From an uncultured Chloroflexia bacterium (GTDB lineage Bacteria > Chloroflexota > Limnocylindria > Limnocylindrales > CSP1-4), in contig CAVRGY010000006.1 in the NCBI GenBank assembly GCA_963720825.1, positions 61,827-125,826 of the forward strand: a stretch of DNA of 64,000 nucleotides, written 5' to 3'. Position 1 is the first letter of the stretch; each line of letters opens with the position of its first letter. A program made the position numbers and the translations under genes. Below are positions 7,984-17,267 of the stretch, piece after piece. The notes under the pieces were generated by a model, which ran no database searches, was not told the DNA's origin, and worked only from the letters and a program-made list of their open reading frames with translations.

Positions 7984-10900
7984 GTGCATGAGGAGTCACC
8001 CACTCCGTTGAACCCATCGGACCCGCGCAGCCGGCGCGTCGTCCGGGACGGGCTCCGCCGCTACTGGCTGAGCCTCCTGGTGGCGGCCGTCGGCCTTGGC
8101 TACACGATCGCCGAGCCGGCACTGCTGGGCGATCCTGCCCACGGGGCGATCCTGGTCGCGGACGTGGAACGCGGCTCGGGCTCACGATCGTGCTCGCGCT
8201 GGGTGCCGCCCTGTTCGCCCGGCCCGGCGACGGGCTCGCACTCCGCATCAGCGACGACGAGCGACAGCTCCGCCGGCTGATGGCGGCCTCGACGGAGCCG
8301 ATCACGGTGATCCAGGGCGGCCGGGTCGTGTGGGGCAATGCGGCGATCGCCCGGATGATGGGTGCCGGCCGGTTGCGGGCGCTCATCGGGCTCGACGCCC
8401 TGTCGATGATCCATCCCGACGACCGCGCCGACCAGGCCGCGAACCTGGCCGGGGTCACGGAGGCCGGGCGGATCGAGACCACCGAGGCGCGCATCGTCCG
8501 TCCCGACGGCGTGGTGCTGGACGTGGAGATCGCCGCCGTCGCGGTGCGGTTCGGCGGCAAGCCGGCCGTCCAGCTCGCCATCCGCGACGTGTCGGCGCGA
8601 CGCGCCGAGGAGCGAGCCCTCGAGGCGTCGGATCGCCAGCTCCGCGCCCTGCTCGACAACATGAGCCTGCTCGCGATCTCGGTCGGCCCCGACGGCATCA
8701 TCCGGTTCGCCAACCGGGCCACGTACCGGTTCCTCGGACGCGTGCCGGGCACCCTCACCGGCACCCCCGCGTTCGACCTCGCGGCATTCCCCGGCTCGAC
8801 GGACGTGCGGGAAGCGCTCAATGCCGCCCTGACCCGCGGCGCCGTCCCGTCCACGGCCGACCTGGCCGTCCAGCTGGACGACGGCAGCCGGCATTCGATC
8901 CGCTGGAACCTCGCGATGTCCGGCAACGACGACGACCCGTGCGTGATCGCGATCGGCGAGGATGTCACCGACGCGGTCGACACGAGCGACCGGCTGCAGC
9001 GGCTGCTGGCGACGACCCCGGTCGGGATCTGCGCCGTGGACGCCGGTGGTGCCGTCCGGTTCGCCGAAGGCGGACCGTTTGTGCGGCGCACTGCCGACGT
9101 GGCCCTGGCCGTCGCCACGGCCGCGACCGTCGACGACCTGCCCGACGCGCTCGCCGGTCCCCTTCGCGGAGCGATTGCGGGCCGGCAGAGCGAAGAGCTC
9201 ATCCAGCTCGACGGCCGGACCTACGAGGCGACGTTCTCTCCCGCGGATGATCACGTCGGTGCGGGCGCCGTCGGGGTGTTCGTTGAGGTCACCCAGCGCC
9301 GCAACCTCGAGCGCGAGGGCATCAGGCTCGCGACGGCGATCGACCAGGCGATGGATGCGGTCGTGATCACCGATGCGTCGGGCGCGATCACCTACGTCAA
9401 CCCCGCGTTCGAGCGCGTGAGCGGGTACACGCGCAGCGAGGTGCTCGGCGGGACGCCGCGGATCCTCAAGAGCGGCTCGCAGTCGGGAGCCTTCTACGCC
9501 ACGCTGTGGCGCACCATCACGGCGGGCAACGCCTGGAGCGGGGAGCTGATCAACCGCCGCAAGGACGGCGGCATCTTCCGCGAGGTCGCCACCATCACGC
9601 CGGTTCGCGACGCGCGACGGGGCGATCGTCAACTTCGTGGCCGTCAAGCGCGACGTGACGCGCGAGCGCCAGCTCGAGGACGCGCTCGATCGCGAGGTCC
9701 GCGAGCGCGCGGCGATCGTCACGGCCCTCGAGCGGATCGGCGCCACCGGGGACCCCGGGGCGATCGGCACCGCCGTCTGCGAGGAGGTCATCCGGCTGCC
9801 GGGGTTCGGCATGGCGGCAGTGTTCGTGTTCGACGACCGCGACGCCCGGACGCTCGCGTACGTGGGTCCGCCCGAGGTGCCGGTCACCGTCGGCCGCGCG
9901 CTGCCGCCATCGCGAACCGAGTACCTCCGCTCGCGCGCTGCGCTCGGACCGTGGGCCGAGCGATGGAGCGTTCGCGACGTGGACGGGCCGTATGGCGAGC
10001 GCATGGCACAGGCCGGCGTCGAGGCGATCGCCTACATCCCGCTGCGCGACGAGACCGGTGTCTTCGGCGTGCTGGGGCTGGGAACATTCTCGCGCACCGA
10101 GGGTGGCGACCTGTTCGACCGGCTGCCCGCGCTCGGCGCGCTGGGCACGGTCGCGAGCTCGCACCTGTCGCTCGCGGTCCGGCAGACGATCGCAGCGGAC
10201 AGCGCCCATCGCGACGTCGAGAGCCTGATCGAGACCCGATCGTTCCACCCGGTGTTCCAGCCGATCGTGGACCTCCGAACCGGCGAGGCGCTGGGCTTCG
10301 AGGCTCTCACCCGCTTCGCCGACGGTACCCGGCCGGATATCCAGTTTGAGCGTGCGGTCGGGGTGGGACTCGGCATCGAGCTCGAGGTCGTGACGCTGGC
10401 AGAGGCCGTGGCGGCCGCGCGGCAGCTTCCGGCCGGCGCGTTCCTGAGCCTCAACGTCTCACCCGGGCTCACGCTTCGTGGCTCGACCCTCGCCGATATC
10501 CTCGCGGCGGCCGACCGGCCCGTGGTGCTGGAGATCACCGAGCACGCCGTGGTCGACGACTACGCCGCGCTGCGCTCGGTCGTGCGATCCCTGCCCGTGC
10601 CCGCCAGGCTCGCGGTCGACGATGCCGGAGCAGGGTTCGCCAGCCTCCGGCATGTGCTGGAGCTGGCACCCGACATCGTCAAGGTGGATCGGTCCATCGT
10701 GGCCGGGATCGACCACGATCCCGCCCGCCAGGCGCTGCTGGCCGGGCTCCGCCACTTCGCGTCACGACGCGGGATCCAGCTGATCGCCGAGGGGATCGAG
10801 ACGGCACCCGAGCTGAGTACCCTCACGTCGCTGGCCGTTCCCCTGGGGCAGGGCTTCCTGCTGGGGCGTCCGGTCGTGGCGGCGGACGTGACCGGGGCCC

Positions 10901-11043
10901 CGATCCGGATCCCGCAGGGCGACGACGCCCTCACGGCGCGCGGGTCCAGCCCGCCACCACCGGACCGCGCCATCCCGACCCGGCGCGCCGGGTCCGCGAG
11001 GTGCGGTCTCCCGCGCCCGCCGAACCGCCCTGCGCCGCGCTGA
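7984..11043 (+). pseudogene. PAS(x4)-GAF-EAL c-di-GMP phosphodiesterase sensor, interrupted by at least one 1-nt frameshift (or sequencing error)
   Basis: ORF 8190..10349 carries PAS-like modules (ITVIQGGRVVWGN; LLAISVGPDGIIRFAN; GICAVDAGGAVRF; AVVITDASGAITYVNPAFERVSGY). It reads ..ATITPVRDA and then becomes Arg-rich. ORF 9637..11043 in the next frame continues DGAIVNFVAVKRDVTRERQLE, then a GAF-like region and an EAL domain (EALTRF, LEITEH, AVDDAGAG, IAEGIET). ORF 7984..8280 in a third frame offers a possible TM N-terminus. Confidence 0.75.
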
Positions 11044-11118
11044 AGCGGCGGGTCGCCCGCGGCGGCGTCCCGGCGCTGGCAGGGTCGCGCCGCCGGGCGC
11101 ATCACGAGGCGAGCCGGG

Positions 11119-12450
11119 TCAGCCGGCGATCGACCGCCGACGCGCCTCCTCGCGACGACCCTCGAGGAACGCCCGTTCGGGCGCGTTCGGTTCCAGCGCA
11201 AGGGCACGCTCGTACGCCGCCAGCGCCTCGGGCCAGCGGTCCATCCGTCGCAGCAGGTCGGCCCGTGCGGCATGGAAGAACCGGTATTCACCCATCACCG
11301 GATCCGCGCCCACCGCGTCGATCGCCGCCAGCCCGGCGGCAGGACCCGCGACCATCGCCAGCGCGACCGCCCGGTTGAGATCGACCACCGGCGACGGTGC
11401 GATCCTCGCCAGCACCTCGTACAGGCCCAGGATCTGCGGCCAGTCGGTCTCGTCGGCCGTGCGCGCCTCGTCGTGGATCGCGGCGATGGCCGCCTGCAGC
11501 TGGTAGGGACCGACGCGCCCGGCGCGCAGCGTTCGCGCCACCAGCGCGCGCCCCTCGTCGATCCGCGCCGCGTCCCACAGACCGCGGTCCTGATCCTCGA
11601 GCCGGACCAGCTCGCCGCCGGGACCGGTCCGGGCCGCATGCCGGGCGTCGGTCAGCAGCATCAGCGCCAGCAGGCCCTGGACCTCGGGCTCGCCGGGCAG
11701 CAGGTGGGCGACCACGCGCGTGAGCCGGATCGCCTCGGCGCACAGCTCGCGCCGGATCAGGGCCTCGCCCGCGCTGGCGTCGTAGCCCTCGTTGAATACG
11801 AGGTACAGGACGCGCAGCACCGGCTCCAGGCGCTCGGCGAGGCGGTCGGCCGCGGGGACCTCGTACCTGATCCCGGCGTCGCGGATCTTGCGCTTGGCCC
11901 GGACGAGCCGCTGCGCCATCGTCGGCTCGGGGACGAGGAACGCCCGGGCGATCTCCGGCGTCGACAGCCCGCCCAGGGTCCGCAGCGTCAACGCGATGCT
12001 GGATTCCGGGGCGAGCGCCGGGTGGCAGCAGGTGAAGATCAGGCGGAGCTGGTCGTCGGGGATCGGGCTCATCTCGTCCTCCGCCGCCGCACTGAGCGCG
12101 CCGGTGCGCCGCCCCGCATCGAGGTCGGCGTCACGCGCGATGACCTCGAGCTTGCCGGCGAACCGGCGGTCGCGCCGGATGCGGTCGATGGCGCGATTGC
12201 GCGCCGTCGTGGTGATCCACGCCCCGGGGTTCGACGGCGCGCCATCGACCGGCCAGCGCTCGAGCGCGACGAGGTAGGCATCGGACACCGCCTCCTCCGC
12301 GAGGTCGAAGTCACCCAGCACCCGGATGAGCGTCGCCAGCGCGCGGCCGTGCTCGTCGCGAAACGTGCGCTCGACGATGTCGGCCGCGCTGGGCGCGGGC
12401 TCACGTGGTGCGTCGGGCGCGGTGCGCGCGGGATCGCGAGGAGCCGCCAT
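11119..12450 (-). CDS. ECF sigma factor with long C-terminal TPR-like extension (ECF42-type)
   Basis: 443 aa. Sigma region 2 (DAYLVALERWP..NPGAWITTTARNRAIDRIRR). Region 4 (LTLRTLGGLSTPEIARAFLVPEPTMAQRLVRAKRKI). About 230-aa helical C-terminal extension. Immediately downstream of a DGPF/YciI gene. Confidence 0.85.
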   Translation of the reverse strand: MAAPRDPARTAPDAPREPAPSAADIVERTFRDEHGRALATLIRVLGDFDLAEEAVSDAYLVALERWPVDGAPSNPGAWITTTARNRAIDRIRRDRRFAGKLEVIARDADLDAGRRTGALSAAAEDEMSPIPDDQLRLIFTCCHPALAPESSIALTLRTLGGLSTPEIARAFLVPEPTMAQRLVRAKRKIRDAGIRYEVPAADRLAERLEPVLRVLYLVFNEGYDASAGEALIRRELCAEAIRLTRVVAHLLPGEPEVQGLLALMLLTDARHAARTGPGGELVRLEDQDRGLWDAARIDEGRALVARTLRAGRVGPYQLQAAIAAIHDEARTADETDWPQILGLYEVLARIAPSPVVDLNRAVALAMVAGPAAGLAAIDAVGADPVMGEYRFFHAARADLLRRMDRWPEALAAYERALALEPNAPERAFLEGRREEARRRSIAG

Positions 12451-12477
12451 CGTCAGCAGGGTCCTGTCGGCGACGCG

Positions 12478-12822
12478 TCACGTCGGGATGATCGGCCGGA
12501 CCTCGATCTTGCCCCACCGGGCGCCCGGGATCCGGGCGGCGGCCTCGATCGCGGCGTCCAGGTCCGGCGCCTCGATCTGGTAGAAGCCGCCCAGCTGCTC
12601 CTTGGTCTCGGCAAACGGCCCGTCGGTCACGATCCGACGGCCATCGCGAACCGAGACGGTGGTCGCGTCGGTCACCGGCTGGAGCGCCTCGCCCCCGATG
12701 AACTGGCCCTTCTCGCGCAGCCAGTCGGTGTACGCGTTGTACTCGGTCATCGTCGCGTTCCACTCGTCCTGGGTCGGCTCGGTCGTCGACGGCTCCCCGT
12801 AGATCAAGAGCAGGTATTGCAC
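12478..12822 (-). CDS. YciI-like / DGPF domain protein
   Basis: 114 aa. Signature VTDGPFAETKEQLGGFY. GTG start with AGGAGA 6 nt upstream. Lies 27 nt upstream of the ECF sigma gene. Confidence 0.85.
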   Translation of the reverse strand: MQYLLLIYGEPSTTEPTQDEWNATMTEYNAYTDWLREKGQFIGGEALQPVTDATTVSVRDGRRIVTDGPFAETKEQLGGFYQIEAPDLDAAIEAAARIPGARWGKIEVRPIIPT

Positions 12823-12914
12823 TGTTCGTCTCCTCGACCGTCACCGGGTCGGTGGGTCCGCGCCGGGCCGGTCCGTCCGCCCCGTGCATCCTAGCGACGA
12901 ACGCAAGAGGCGCG

Positions 12915-12950
12915 AATTGACAGTGCCGAATCGACACCTCAAATCGACAC
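12915..12950. promoter_or_regulatory. three direct repeats AAT(T/C)GACA(G/C) (minus-strand reading: TGTC(A/G)A) in the divergent DGPF/ECF42 - primase-polymerase intergenic region
   Basis: Copies at 12915-12923, 12929-12937 and 12942-12950, spaced 14 and 13 nt. On the minus strand, the copy nearest the DGPF gene gives TGTCAA-N17-CGTC. Confidence 0.45.
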
Positions 12951-13003
12951 CGCCGCTCATCGCGCCACGATCGCCCCTTGCGCCCCGCCTCTAGCATCTG
13001 CGC

Positions 13004-14464
13004 ATGCCCGCCCGGAAGGAGATCCTCGAGATCGGCGGCCGCGAGGTCGCGGTCAGCAACCCCGACAAGGTCTATTTCCCCGAGCCCGGCTACACCAAGC
13101 TGGACCTGGTCCGCTACTTCCTGGCCGTCGCGGACGGCGCGCTGGCGGGCGTCCGCGGGCGTCCGATGGCGCTCAAGCGGTTCGTCGACGGGATCGACAA
13201 GGAGCCGTTCTTCCAGAAGCGCGCGCCCCAGAACCACCCCGACTGGATGCGGGTCGCCACCCTGACCTTCCCCTCGGGCCGGACCGCGGACGAGATCGTC
13301 GTCGACGAGGCCGCCGGGCTTGCCTGGGTCGCCAACCTCGGCTGCATCGACCTCAATCCGCACCCCGTCCGCGCCGAAGACCTGGACCATCCCGACGAGC
13401 TCCGCGTGGACCTCGACCCGGTTCCGGGTATCGCCTGGTCGCAGATCCGCGAGGTCGCGATGGTCTGCCGCGAAGCGCTGGACGCGGTGGGGCTCGTCGG
13501 CTGGCCCAAGACATCGGGGTCGCGCGGGATCCATATCAACGTCCGGATCGAGCCGCGCTGGACGTACCCGCAGGTCCGGCGCGCGGCGCTGGCGCTGGCC
13601 CGCGACGTGGAGCAGCGGGCGCCCTCGATCGCGACCTCGAAATGGTGGAAGGAGGAGCGCCACGGCGTGTTCCTCGACTACAACCAGAACGCCAAGGACC
13701 GGACCGTGGCGTCCGCGTACTCCGTCCGGCCGCTCCCCGACGCCCGGGTGTCGTTCCCCCTGCGCTGGGAGGACGTCCCGGACGTGGTCGCCGAGGACTT
13801 CACGCTTGCCACCGTGCCGGCGTTGTACGCGGAACACGGCGACGCGGGCGCCGGGATCGACGATGCCGTCGGCTCGCTCGACGCGCTGCTGGAGCTGAGC
13901 GCCCGCCACGAGGCGGAGGGCCAGGGCGACGCTCCGTGGCCGCCGAACTACGCGAAGCAGGAGGGCGAGCCGCCGCGCGTCCAGCCGTCGCGCAAGCGGC
14001 GATCCGACGCGGAGTACCGGGGCCGGGGCCGCGACGGCGGGCCGCCGCCGGAGGTGGCCGCCGAGCGCGCGGCCGCGGTGGCCGCGGGCGACCCCAACGC
14101 GGGTCTGCCAGCCGAGTGGGAGGGCACCCGCCCCACGCCGACCGGCCGGCGGCGATCGAGCATCCCGGTCATCGAGATCGCCCGCGCCGCCACCAAGGCC
14201 GAGGTCAACGAGGGCCTCGAGCGCTGGAAGGCCCGCCACCCGGAGGTGGTCGAGTACCTGGAGCCCGCCGACATCCTGACGGACGGGATGCGCGGCCGCG
14301 CGTATGTCTGGTACCGGCTGCGCGTGAACCTGATCCACGTGCCCGAGGACATCCGGCCGCCGCAGGAGCCGCTGGACCCCGACTACGACCCCTGGGAGGG
14401 CTACGAGTGGCCGGATCGGGCCGGCCAGCCTGAGCGGGCACCGCGCAGGAAGGCTCCGCGATGA
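13004..14464 (+). CDS. AEP-family primase-polymerase (LigD polymerase-domain homolog, Prim-PolC-like) with ~180-aa C-terminal extension
   Basis: VSNPDKVYFPE.GYTKLDLVRYF, KRFVDGIDKEPFFQKR, LRVDLDP, KTSGSRGIHI and FLDYNQNAKDRTVASAYSVRP are the LigD-Pol hallmarks. TAGCAT sits 6 nt upstream of the ATG, suggesting a leaderless mRNA. Confidence 0.88.
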   Translation: MPARKEILEIGGREVAVSNPDKVYFPEPGYTKLDLVRYFLAVADGALAGVRGRPMALKRFVDGIDKEPFFQKRAPQNHPDWMRVATLTFPSGRTADEIVVDEAAGLAWVANLGCIDLNPHPVRAEDLDHPDELRVDLDPVPGIAWSQIREVAMVCREALDAVGLVGWPKTSGSRGIHINVRIEPRWTYPQVRRAALALARDVEQRAPSIATSKWWKEERHGVFLDYNQNAKDRTVASAYSVRPLPDARVSFPLRWEDVPDVVAEDFTLATVPALYAEHGDAGAGIDDAVGSLDALLELSARHEAEGQGDAPWPPNYAKQEGEPPRVQPSRKRRSDAEYRGRGRDGGPPPEVAAERAAAVAAGDPNAGLPAEWEGTRPTPTGRRRSSIPVIEIARAATKAEVNEGLERWKARHPEVVEYLEPADILTDGMRGRAYVWYRLRVNLIHVPEDIRPPQEPLDPDYDPWEGYEWPDRAGQPERAPRRKAPR

Positions 14465-15738
14465 GACGGCGTCCGCCGCCGCGGGTCCGAGGCGCCGGCT
14501 GGAGCGTGCCCTTGGGGCGCGCCCGACGTAGCATCTGGCCCGTGGGGAATCCGCGTGCGCGTCGGGTCATCGTCGGCATCGGGGTGGCCGCCATCGTGCT
14601 CGTGGCCGTTGCCCTGTCGGGGTCCGTCGCCCTCGGGCCCTCGGCGACGCCGACGGCACCCGCCGGCGCCGGGATCGACCTCTCGCCCCGGGTCGCGCCG
14701 CGACCCCCCGGTGGTGACGGAGCCCTGATCGGCGACATCCCCTCCGCGTCACGGGCCAACGCCCGGGTGCAGGTCTCCGCGCACGCGACGCCCGGCGGAC
14801 CGCCCCTGGCACTCACCGGCGGGACGCTGGCGATCACGCCTGGCCAGGACCTGGCGATCCTCGGCGATCCGGTCGCCGTCGACGGCACGCCGTGGCTCCG
14901 GGTCTACGTGCTCTCGAACGCCATTGGCGGTCAGACCGACTTCTTCACCTGGGTCCCAGCCAGCAGGGACGGCCAGGACACGATCCGCCTGCGGGTCCCG
15001 CTCGGCTGTCCGCCAACCCGCGACAACCTCTCGACCATCGCGGCGCTCGATCCATTCACGCGCGCCGACTGCCTGGGCGCCGCGTCGTTCACGGTGGAAG
15101 CCCGCACCTGGTGGGCGGACCTCCCGGTCTGGTACGACGTCGAGCCCGTCTGGCTCGGGCCGTGGCGACAGGGAACGACGTCGTTCTCGCTCCATGGCCC
15201 GGCCGGAGCAGCAGTGGACGTGCGCGTCCCGCCGGGCCTGGAGCCGCCGCCGCCCGACATCACCGTGCGAGTTGACCTCCACGTCGCCGATCCGGCCGCC
15301 GCGACGTGCACCCGCAGCAACGGCGATCTGGACGTCCCCGCCGAGGCTGGCCCTGACTCGCGCCTGTGGTGCAGCGTGCAGCTCGTCGCCGATCGCTGGG
15401 AGCCGCTGCTCGGGCCGGAAGGCCGGCCCTTCGATGTGGCCGACCCGCAGCTGCACCGTTCGCAGCCGAGCAGCGTGTGTGCCGGCGTCGGTTCCGGGCC
15501 GCTGACCTTCCACACCGATCCGAGCGCACTCGACCCGGTGTGGCTGGAACCGGCTGGCGGTGGGCATCCGATCCTCACCTGGTTCGGGCCGGCGTTCCGG
15601 GTCGCGTTCATGCCCGATCTGGTCGTGGTTGATGGTCGTGGTCGGGTCATCGCTCGTGACGGCCTGACGATCGATCCCGATGTCGCGCTGGCCGGGCACT
15701 CGATCTGCATGACCATCGTCGGTGCCCACGTCAACTGA
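14461..15738 (+). CDS. hypothetical membrane-anchored / secreted protein
   Basis: 425-aa ORF. ATG overlaps the upstream stop (ATGA). One N-terminal hydrophobic segment (IVGIGVAAIVLVAVALSG). The rest has ordinary composition with several Cys. I recognise no domain. Confidence 0.6.
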   Translation: MRRRPPPRVRGAGWSVPLGRARRSIWPVGNPRARRVIVGIGVAAIVLVAVALSGSVALGPSATPTAPAGAGIDLSPRVAPRPPGGDGALIGDIPSASRANARVQVSAHATPGGPPLALTGGTLAITPGQDLAILGDPVAVDGTPWLRVYVLSNAIGGQTDFFTWVPASRDGQDTIRLRVPLGCPPTRDNLSTIAALDPFTRADCLGAASFTVEARTWWADLPVWYDVEPVWLGPWRQGTTSFSLHGPAGAAVDVRVPPGLEPPPPDITVRVDLHVADPAAATCTRSNGDLDVPAEAGPDSRLWCSVQLVADRWEPLLGPEGRPFDVADPQLHRSQPSSVCAGVGSGPLTFHTDPSALDPVWLEPAGGGHPILTWFGPAFRVAFMPDLVVVDGRGRVIARDGLTIDPDVALAGHSICMTIVGAHVN

Positions 15739-15980
15739 CGCCGATGCGTGGACCCCCGGGCACCGATGCGGGGCATCGGGCGCGACGCTGGATGGACCGT
15801 CAGGCGTCGGTGTCCGGCGCCAGCCATCCCTTGGCGGCGGCGATCCGCGCCGCCTTGGACGCGGATGGAGTCATGCCCCGAGCATCGGCCCGATCCGGTC
15901 CGGCGCGAAGTCACGCGCGTCGCGATCGCTCCATGACAGCCGTCATGCGGTCTGCCCGGAGGACGGCGAGGGTGGGCGCG

Positions 15981-17066
15981 CTACCCGAAGATCCGGGCGA
16001 GCTCGTATGGCGCGGTCGTCTCCAGCTGGTCGTAGCGGCAGTCGGCCGGCGCCTTGTCCGGTCGCCAGCGGCGGAACGTCGTCGCGTGCCGGAAGCGGTC
16101 TCCCTGGAGGTGGTCGTAGGCGACCTCGACCACGCGCTCCGTGCGCAGCGGCTCCCACGACAGGTCCTTGCCCCGGTTCCAGCGCGAGGTCGCACCCGGG
16201 AGGCGCTGGCCGGAGGCGTCGGCTGCTCCCGCGGCAGCCCACTCGGCCCACTCACCCCAGGGGTGGCCGTCGAGCGCGCCCTCGCGCAGCGGTGCCAGCT
16301 CGTCGACCAGTGCGGCCCGCCGATCCCACGTGAACGACGACGTGATCCCCACGTGGTGGAGCGTGCCGGCGTCGTCGAACAGGCCCAGGAGCAGCGATCC
16401 GACGTGCGTTCCCGGTCCGTTCTTGTGCCACCGGAACCCGGCCACCACGCAGTCCGCGGTCCGCTCGTGCTTGATCTTGAACATGGCCCGCTTGCCGGGG
16501 AGATACACGCCGTCAAGCCGCTTGGCCACCACGCCGTCCAGCCCGGCGCCCTCGAACCGGTCGAACCAGTCCGCGGCCAGCGCGCGGTCTCGGGTGGCCG
16601 GCGTCAGGTGGATCGGCGGGGTCGCCGCACCCAGCACGGCCTCCAGCCGTGCCCGCCGCTCCCCCTGGGGCACCGCCCGCAGGTCGTCGTCACCCAGCGC
16701 AAGGAGGTCCCACGCCACGAACGACGCGGGTGCCTCGGCCGCCAGCATCCGCACCCGTGACGCCGCGGGGTGGATCCGCAGCAGGAGGGCGCCGAAGTCG
16801 AGCGCGCCGTCGCGCGCGATGACGACCTCCCCATCGAGCACGCACCGCTCGGGCAGCTGGGCGAGGAGCGGCTCGGCGAGCTCCGGGAAGTAGCGGTCGA
16901 GCGGCTTGAGGTCCCGGCTCTGGGTGTACACCTCGTTGCCGTCGCGGAACACGATCGCCCGGAACCCGTCCCACTTCGGCTCGTACAGCCAGCCGTCGCC
17001 GTCGGGCAGGTCGGAGGTCGCCTTGGCGAGCATCGGCTCGAGGGGCGGCGAGAACGGGAGCGCCAT
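15981..17066 (-). CDS. ATP-dependent DNA ligase (stand-alone LigC / LigD-ligase-domain type)
   Basis: 361 aa. Adenylation motif I is EPKWDGFR. Other matches: PMLAKA.., DGEVV, FVAWDLL, GVVAKRLDGVYLPGKR, FKIKHERT. Confidence 0.9.
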   Translation of the reverse strand: MALPFSPPLEPMLAKATSDLPDGDGWLYEPKWDGFRAIVFRDGNEVYTQSRDLKPLDRYFPELAEPLLAQLPERCVLDGEVVIARDGALDFGALLLRIHPAASRVRMLAAEAPASFVAWDLLALGDDDLRAVPQGERRARLEAVLGAATPPIHLTPATRDRALAADWFDRFEGAGLDGVVAKRLDGVYLPGKRAMFKIKHERTADCVVAGFRWHKNGPGTHVGSLLLGLFDDAGTLHHVGITSSFTWDRRAALVDELAPLREGALDGHPWGEWAEWAAAGAADASGQRLPGATSRWNRGKDLSWEPLRTERVVEVAYDHLQGDRFRHATTFRRWRPDKAPADCRYDQLETTAPYELARIFG

Positions 17067-17267
17067 GGGGGCACGATACCCCGGCCGGACGCCCCGTACC
17101 GCCGGTTGCGGGTTTCCACGGAACGACGCGGACGTTCGCGGCCGCTAGCGTCGGCGCCGCGACGCGCCGTCGCCGTGCCAGTGTCGGAACCCCGCGGCGC
17201 ATCGACGCGTCATCGGGGTGCGCGGTCACCGCCGCGGGCAACCGGACCGACCCGAGGAGGGTTTGCG

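Noticed and set aside
12917-12922. A perfect TTGACA as the sigma-70 -35 box for the primase-polymerase gene.
   Set aside because: No acceptable -10 hexamer lies 16-19 nt downstream. The hexamer is one copy of the triple repeat, which reads TGTCAA on the other strand.
13004-17066. A classical Ku-LigD NHEJ locus.
   Set aside because: No Ku-like ORF lies in or next to the cluster within this window. The polymerase and ligase are separate genes, so a LigC/Prim-PolC-type module fits better. Ku could still lie elsewhere in the genome.
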